This document shows, in pieces, positions 31,207 to 36,249 of a stretch of DNA of 38,464 nucleotides. The notes under the pieces were generated by a model that saw nothing but the letters and a program-made list of their open reading frames with translations, did no database searches and was not told the origin of the DNA. The number at the start of each line of letters is the position of its first letter. Within the stretch, counting starts at the first letter, position 1. Position numbers and translations under genes: made by a program. This DNA is from Bacteriovoracaceae bacterium (GTDB lineage: Bacteria; Bdellovibrionota; Bacteriovoracia; Bacteriovoracales; Bacteriovoracaceae), in the NCBI GenBank assembly GCA_049599895.1, contig JBMYPC010000011.1, positions 1-38,464 on the forward strand. The letters are read 5' to 3'.

Positions 31207-31368
31207 CGCAGAGCACCTGCTCAACGACTTCTCCCTAACCATTGACAGTTTCGCTGCTCGTTGATAGCTATATCCACCTAAAACCTGAAAAGTTTCGCAG
31301 TTTTTGGATAAATCACTTCCAAAAATGCTCTATAAGTTGTAAAACTTGCGGATCTTTAAAGGTATTAA

Positions 31369-31434
31369 ATGGCGAAATTTATTGAAGTTATTGATGCTGT
31401 TGAAATAAAAAAAGTTGAAACTAATAAAGGTTAG
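31369..31434 (+). CDS. Putative 21-aa upstream ORF before rpsD (MAKFIEVIDAVEIKKVETNKG)
   Basis: AAAGGT SD-like sequence just upstream of ATG; stops 17 nt before rpsD. Confidence 0.35.
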   Translation: MAKFIEVIDAVEIKKVETNKG

Positions 31435-31451
31435 ATTAGAGGATTTAAATT

Positions 31452-32081
31452 ATGGCCAAGGCAACCACACAAGTTCCTAAGTTTAAAATTCAAAGAGCTC
31501 TTGGAGTTGAGCTTCCAGGTCTAGGTAAGGCCGGTGCTCTCGAGCGTAGACCATACGGTCCAGGTGTTCACGGAAATAGAAGAAAGAAGATTTCTGACTT
31601 TGCTGTTCGTTTAAAAGAAAAGCAAAAGCTTAGATACCATTATGGAATCAGAGAAAAGCAACTTGTTCGCTACGTAAAGCAAGCGAAAAAAGACAAATCA
31701 AGAGCGTGGATGGACACTCTTCTTATCACTCTTGAAGAAAGACTCAGTAACGTTATTTTTAGACTTAACTGGGCCCCTTCAATTACAGCTGCTGCACAAA
31801 TGGTTGTTCACGGACATGTTCTTATCAACGGTAAGAAAGTTACAAGAGCAAGCTTTGTTGTTAAGCCAGGTGATGAAATCAAATTAACAACAAAAGGTTA
31901 TAACAACCAACTTTATAAGCAATCACAAGAGTCTCCAAGACTTCCTTCAGTACCAGCTTGTTTTGATGTAACAGGATCCGAGCAAAAAGTTGCAAAGATG
32001 GTTGCTGAGCCTCTTCCATCTGATATTCCATTTGAGTACGACGGACAGCTCGTTATTGAATATTACTGGAAAGTTAAATAA
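31452..32081 (+). CDS. rpsD: 30S ribosomal protein S4
   Basis: RPYGPGVHG, RLKEKQKLRYHYG, LEERLSNVIFRL, MVVHGHVLINGKKV, VIEYY. Confidence 0.96.
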   Translation: MAKATTQVPKFKIQRALGVELPGLGKAGALERRPYGPGVHGNRRKKISDFAVRLKEKQKLRYHYGIREKQLVRYVKQAKKDKSRAWMDTLLITLEERLSNVIFRLNWAPSITAAAQMVVHGHVLINGKKVTRASFVVKPGDEIKLTTKGYNNQLYKQSQESPRLPSVPACFDVTGSEQKVAKMVAEPLPSDIPFEYDGQLVIEYYWKVK

Positions 32082-32103
32082 TCACAAACTGACATTGATA
32101 TTG

Positions 32104-32127
32104 AAAAAGCCTTTATGGAGGCTTTTT
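32104..32127. terminator. Bidirectional intrinsic terminator
   Basis: AAAAAGCCT-TTATGG-AGGCTTTTT between convergent rpsD and nadD-like genes. Confidence 0.8.
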
Positions 32128-32888
32128 TATTTCTTATTTCTTGTCTTGTTTCTTATCTCGGTTGAAGAAACTTCTTCGTAGTCATGATGAGAAAGTATGT
32201 GAATCTCAAGTTCGGGGTTTAGGCTAAGAATTTTTTGAACTTGCTCATCTCGATGAGTCTTAAGCTCAAGTCTTGGAAGAACATACAAAGACTTTAAAAG
32301 ACCAATCAACCTCTTTGCATCCTTCCATTTCAAAAGGGACATAAAAGAATCATCTCCCATTAAAAGACTGCGATTTTCTTTTTCAAGCTTTTCTATCCAG
32401 GTAATAGTTGGATTGATTTTTTTTAGAGGGAGAAAACCAGGATAATAAACCACGGAATCATTTTCCTTTAAGGCCTTTTCGATCTCTAGAAAAACTTCTG
32501 AAGGAGAACGAAGTTTATAGTCTTTCCAAGGATTAAAGTCTGGGGCAATTATGACCTTTTTGCCTTTTTTAATGAGTTGAGTAACACATTCTGTATGACC
32601 AGAATGCCAAGGATCAAATGTACCGGGAAAAAAAACGAATGATTCATCATCGCCTACGATGACAAACTTCTTCATAAGAGGAGGCAGATCGAATTTACTG
32701 TCTTCAGAAGAGAGAATCTTCGATTTTTTCCCTAGGACCAAACAAAGCTCATTTTGAAAGTCTAAAGAACAATTGGCTAAGCGATTGAGAAGTCCAGATA
32801 ATTTCTCATCCGTGGGAAAGACAAGCTCCTCACCAAGCTTTGATGAGGATAATATATAGATATTTTCTTTAAGTTCACTTTTCATCAT
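32127..32888 (-). CDS. nadD: Nicotinate-nucleotide adenylyltransferase-like protein with N-terminal extension
   Basis: FPGTFDPWHSGH (HxGH), LLMGDDSF..L.KWKD, VSSTEIR. Confidence 0.8.
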   Translation of the reverse strand: MMKSELKENIYILSSSKLGEELVFPTDEKLSGLLNRLANCSLDFQNELCLVLGKKSKILSSEDSKFDLPPLMKKFVIVGDDESFVFFPGTFDPWHSGHTECVTQLIKKGKKVIIAPDFNPWKDYKLRSPSEVFLEIEKALKENDSVVYYPGFLPLKKINPTITWIEKLEKENRSLLMGDDSFMSLLKWKDAKRLIGLLKSLYVLPRLELKTHRDEQVQKILSLNPELEIHILSHHDYEEVSSTEIRNKTRNKK

Positions 32889-32912
32889 TAATAAAAATCA
32901 ATACTATGCCCT

Positions 32913-33269
32913 ATGAGCTATAAATTTGATATCGAAATTGATGAAGAGTCAGCCCCAATAAAGATTGAAGTGATCGCGACTCCCAGTTTCGAGCCTCCTA
33001 CAATTTTAGCACCTGAACTTAAAAATGAAACGCTTGATTCAGATGAATCTTATTGTGAAGTTTGGTTTCAAGGTGAAATTCAAGGTTATGAAGTCAATAT
33101 GCATCTCCAAGGAGTCATTTTCTCTCTTGAAAGTGATCAAGATGTTATTGATGGTTTAGAATCTCTTATTGAAGAAAATGAAGTTTTAGAGAATATCCTC
33201 TCCAAAATTGAGATTTATCAAAAGTCTAAAAAAACGAAGAAACCCTTCCTTGGAAATGAAGAAGTTTAG
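32913..33269 (+). CDS. Hypothetical acidic protein
   Basis: 118-aa Glu/Asp-rich ORF; TACTAT 5 nt before ATG. Confidence 0.65.
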   Translation: MSYKFDIEIDEESAPIKIEVIATPSFEPPTILAPELKNETLDSDESYCEVWFQGEIQGYEVNMHLQGVIFSLESDQDVIDGLESLIEENEVLENILSKIEIYQKSKKTKKPFLGNEEV

Positions 33270-33508
33270 AGACAACGGCCCTGCATGACAAACTGATCAT
33301 AAAGTGATCGAACTTCATCAACAGTGTACCAAAATTCAGAATATGACTTTCCAAACATTTTGAACCTGTAAACTTCCTGAGAAGGATGTTTTTCAATCGT
33401 ACAAAGAGGAGAAAAACTCGCAACATCACGTGATTGAACTTCTTGCTTCTCAGCACTTGAACAACTGACAAAAAGAAAAAGTCCTAGTGTAAATAATATT
33501 GATTTCAT
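33266..33508 (-). CDS. Small hypothetical lipoprotein
   Basis: GGAGG RBS; lipobox LFVSC; RDVAS motif of the kind common in Bdellovibrionota exported proteins. Confidence 0.75.
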   Translation of the reverse strand: MKSILFTLGLFLFVSCSSAEKQEVQSRDVASFSPLCTIEKHPSQEVYRFKMFGKSYSEFWYTVDEVRSLYDQFVMQGRCL

Positions 33509-33584
33509 TATTCCTCCACAAAAAATATACCTTAATTATTATCCTAGAAAATCTCATTATTTAAAATCGGAAAAAAGCTCTAGG

Positions 33585-34019
33585 TTAAAATTCAAAATGA
33601 AATGTAACTGGTCCGTCGTTAAGTATTGAGACTTTCATATCTGCCCCAAATCGTCCGGTCGCCACAGAACAAAACGATCGCATTTTTTCACAAAACTGAC
33701 TAAAAAGCTCTTGCGCCTTATCAGGACTTAAAGAGAAATCAAAACTTGGCCTATTTCCCTTTCTTCCATCCCACGAAAGAGTGAACTGACTGATGATTAA
33801 GGCCTCGCCTTTAACATCTTGAATTGATAGATTCATTTTTTGATTTTCATCTTCGAAAATGCGGAGTTTTGATAGCTTCTCAGCTGCTTTTTCAACATTT
33901 GAAAGAGTATCGCCTGTCTCCATGCACACAAGGAGAACAAATCCACTATTGATTGAACCAACAATGTTGCCATCGACTAATACAGAACTCTCAAGGGATC
34001 GTTGAACAACGACTTTCAT
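33585..34019 (-). CDS. dtd: D-aminoacyl-tRNA deacylase
   Basis: MKVVVQR, LRIFED, SQFTL, GNRPSF, NDGPVT. Confidence 0.96.
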   Translation of the reverse strand: MKVVVQRSLESSVLVDGNIVGSINSGFVLLVCMETGDTLSNVEKAAEKLSKLRIFEDENQKMNLSIQDVKGEALIISQFTLSWDGRKGNRPSFDFSLSPDKAQELFSQFCEKMRSFCSVATGRFGADMKVSILNDGPVTFHFEF

Positions 34020-34031
34020 GAAATGACTTAA

Positions 34032-34379
34032 TTAACGACTAGGCTTCGTTTCGTTACCTGAGTCTAGTGGATCAATAATATCCGTGAGACGAATGCCATA
34101 CTTCTCATTCACAACAACAACCTCACCTTTTGAAACTAATCGTTCATTAACAAGAACTTCAAGAGGTTCACCAGCAAGCTTCTCAAGCTCAAGAACTGAT
34201 CCCTGTCCAATTTGAAGAAGTTCTCGAAGTGAAATCTCTGTTCTTCCAAGTTCGACCCCTACATTAAGAGGGACGTCTAGCATAAAATCAAGTTTATGAA
34301 GATCATCTACGAGTTCTTGTTCAGGATTTCCTTCACTTGCCGTATTCTCTTCTTCAGCAGCACCAGACATAAGATCCAT
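34032..34379 (-). CDS. fliN: Flagellar motor switch protein FliN
   Basis: LDVPLNVGVELGRT..LL.IGQGSVLELEKLAGEPLEVLVN..GEVVVVNEKYGIRLTDI; AGGAG RBS. Confidence 0.93.
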   Translation of the reverse strand: MDLMSGAAEEENTASEGNPEQELVDDLHKLDFMLDVPLNVGVELGRTEISLRELLQIGQGSVLELEKLAGEPLEVLVNERLVSKGEVVVVNEKYGIRLTDIIDPLDSGNETKPSR

Positions 34380-34556
34380 TAAAAACTCCTTCGAAATTCA
34401 CTGTGATGACAACAAGACTCACCATCTTCATCATAATTTATCGTACAAAAAATTACCTGATCCTTTATAGTGGGAAATTGTTTCCCCCTACTCTCAGCTT
34501 AGATAAATCAAGCATTTAAAGGCATAATTTTAGAGGATTACCAAAAAGGAAAGTTC

Positions 34557-34673
34557 ATGTGCCAGAAATTACGAGAAGTTTTCTCAATTTTTATCACAAT
34601 CGTTAAAAATGGTGATGTCACCAATGAAAATCTTAATTGGTTAAGAAACACAATCCTTGGTCTCTTTAAATAG
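34557..34673 (+). CDS. Putative 38-aa amphipathic small protein (MCQKLREVFSIFITIVKNGDVTNENLNWLRNTILGLFK)
   Basis: AAAGGA SD 6 nt before ATG; TAGATA-17-CATAAT promoter-like sequence at 34500-34528; fills the gap up to the convergent TIR gene. Confidence 0.5.
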   Translation: MCQKLREVFSIFITIVKNGDVTNENLNWLRNTILGLFK

Positions 34674-34686
34674 AAATCGAATGGCC

Positions 34687-36249
34687 CTAGAGAGTTCCTT
34701 TATCATAGATGATGGCTTCAATAATTTGTTCCATTTGCCTTGAGACGAGACTTCTCAAATAAGACTCTTTCATTCCCTCTTTTTTCAAATTAATTTCAAT
34801 TAAAGCCATAGGTCTAGACTTTCGAGATTCTAAAAAAGATTCTTCAAACTCAAACTCTTGCTGTGAAGCAATCTCTTGAATTTTTGAAGAAGCTGAAATC
34901 AAATTTAAGTTCTCTGTCTTTTTCAATTCGATAAAAGAAGACTCTCCAAGCTTTACTGAAAATTGAATGATCACTCCTCCATCAGAGTCGATATTGGCAA
35001 TCGATCCACTTGGAGTGTAGCGATAAGGCATCAAAGTGGCAGTATTTCCATAAATATGTCCTTCAAACATTTTATAGAGATTAACCCAAATGCTTCTTGA
35101 GGTTTCCAAGTTTGGAGCATCTTCAGTTTTAAACTCAACATAAAACTTTTTGCGGCTCTTTTCTTGATCTGCGATTAGCTCACTTAAAAGAAAGAACTTT
35201 AAAAGGAAAAGATTATGCATTTCAAACTTATTCCAGGGTTTTTCAATCAATCCCTCTCGACTTTCAATAAATGCTTCTCCGTTGCGCTGAAGGATTTGTT
35301 CATGAAGAAGCTTCATTTTTGAAGAACTTAGTCCCTGAACAAACTCGAGTTCAAGAAAGGCCTTATCAAGAGTTCCCTCCACAAGTTCAATCGAATTCAG
35401 TTCAAGACCCTTGTATTTTTTCTTTTTATTTTTGAGGAGAGCTCTGGTCTCATTAGATTTTTGGCGCTTAGAATTGAGCTCAAGTTTTGCATAAAAAGTG
35501 AGAAGAATCACACCAAAAAAAAGGTATATATAGGCTTTGTTTCTTACAAAAAGGTTTGGCTTAGTATTTATTTCTTTTTCGGGCTTTACCTTCTCTTTTT
35601 TCACCTTTTTTTTGGTTAAAACGATTTGAGATTCTTTTTCTATGTTTTTAAGAGTGAAGTTTGTCTTATTTCTTTCTTCAAGACTCTCGAGTTCCTTCTT
35701 TTCTCTTTCCTGTTTTTTGATAAACTCGAGCCCTTGCTCTTCCTCTTCCTTGGCTTGAGTTTCGAATTTCTTAATAATGTTTTCAAGTTGTTCGCTTGGC
35801 TTAGTATTAATTGTTTCAGTGACTCTTGTTTGTTGCCCAACACCAGAGAGATATTCGTGTAAAGTATGGACAAGTGATTCAAAATAGCTTTGAGAAGTTC
35901 CATCAAAAGCATCAAGCCAATGAGTATTACAAAGATAATAATCCATTGCTTCTGTAGGCATTGTTTGATCAATACGAAAAGGGATTACAGGAAGTTTTGC
36001 ATTAACAGCTCGATCCACTTCTTTTAAAACTTGTTCCGACTCGTTAGAAAAATAACTAAAGACGATAACAAAAGCATTTGCAGATCGGATAGCCTCCAAT
36101 ATTGAACTCGCGTAATGTGTTCCAGGGAGGATATCTCTTGGTGCAAACCAACAAGAAAGACCTTTAGATTCAAGGTATTCGACTAACTCATTAACAAGGA
36201 ATTTATCCTTTGAAGAGTAGCTAATAAATACGTGTTCCTGTACCTTCAA
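34687..36249 (-). CDS. TIR-domain protein with coiled coil, single TM and unknown C-terminal domain
   Basis: HVFISYSSKD, CWFAPRDILPG, AIRSA..FVIVFS..SNESEQVLKEV (TIR_2 with catalytic Glu); TM YIYLFFGVILLTFYA; TTG start with AGAGGA SD inside the upstream gene. Confidence 0.9.
   Translation of the reverse strand: MKVQEHVFISYSSKDKFLVNELVEYLESKGLSCWFAPRDILPGTHYASSILEAIRSANAFVIVFSYFSNESEQVLKEVDRAVNAKLPVIPFRIDQTMPTEAMDYYLCNTHWLDAFDGTSQSYFESLVHTLHEYLSGVGQQTRVTETINTKPSEQLENIIKKFETQAKEEEEQGLEFIKKQEREKKELESLEERNKTNFTLKNIEKESQIVLTKKKVKKEKVKPEKEINTKPNLFVRNKAYIYLFFGVILLTFYAKLELNSKRQKSNETRALLKNKKKKYKGLELNSIELVEGTLDKAFLELEFVQGLSSSKMKLLHEQILQRNGEAFIESREGLIEKPWNKFEMHNLFLLKFFLLSELIADQEKSRKKFYVEFKTEDAPNLETSRSIWVNLYKMFEGHIYGNTATLMPYRYTPSGSIANIDSDGGVIIQFSVKLGESSFIELKKTENLNLISASSKIQEIASQQEFEFEESFLESRKSRPMALIEINLKKEGMKESYLRSLVSRQMEQIIEAIIYDKGTL

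Noticed and set aside
34437..34467. Sigma28-like TACGATAA upstream of fliN
   Set aside because: No TAAA/TCAA element at the correct 15-nt spacing
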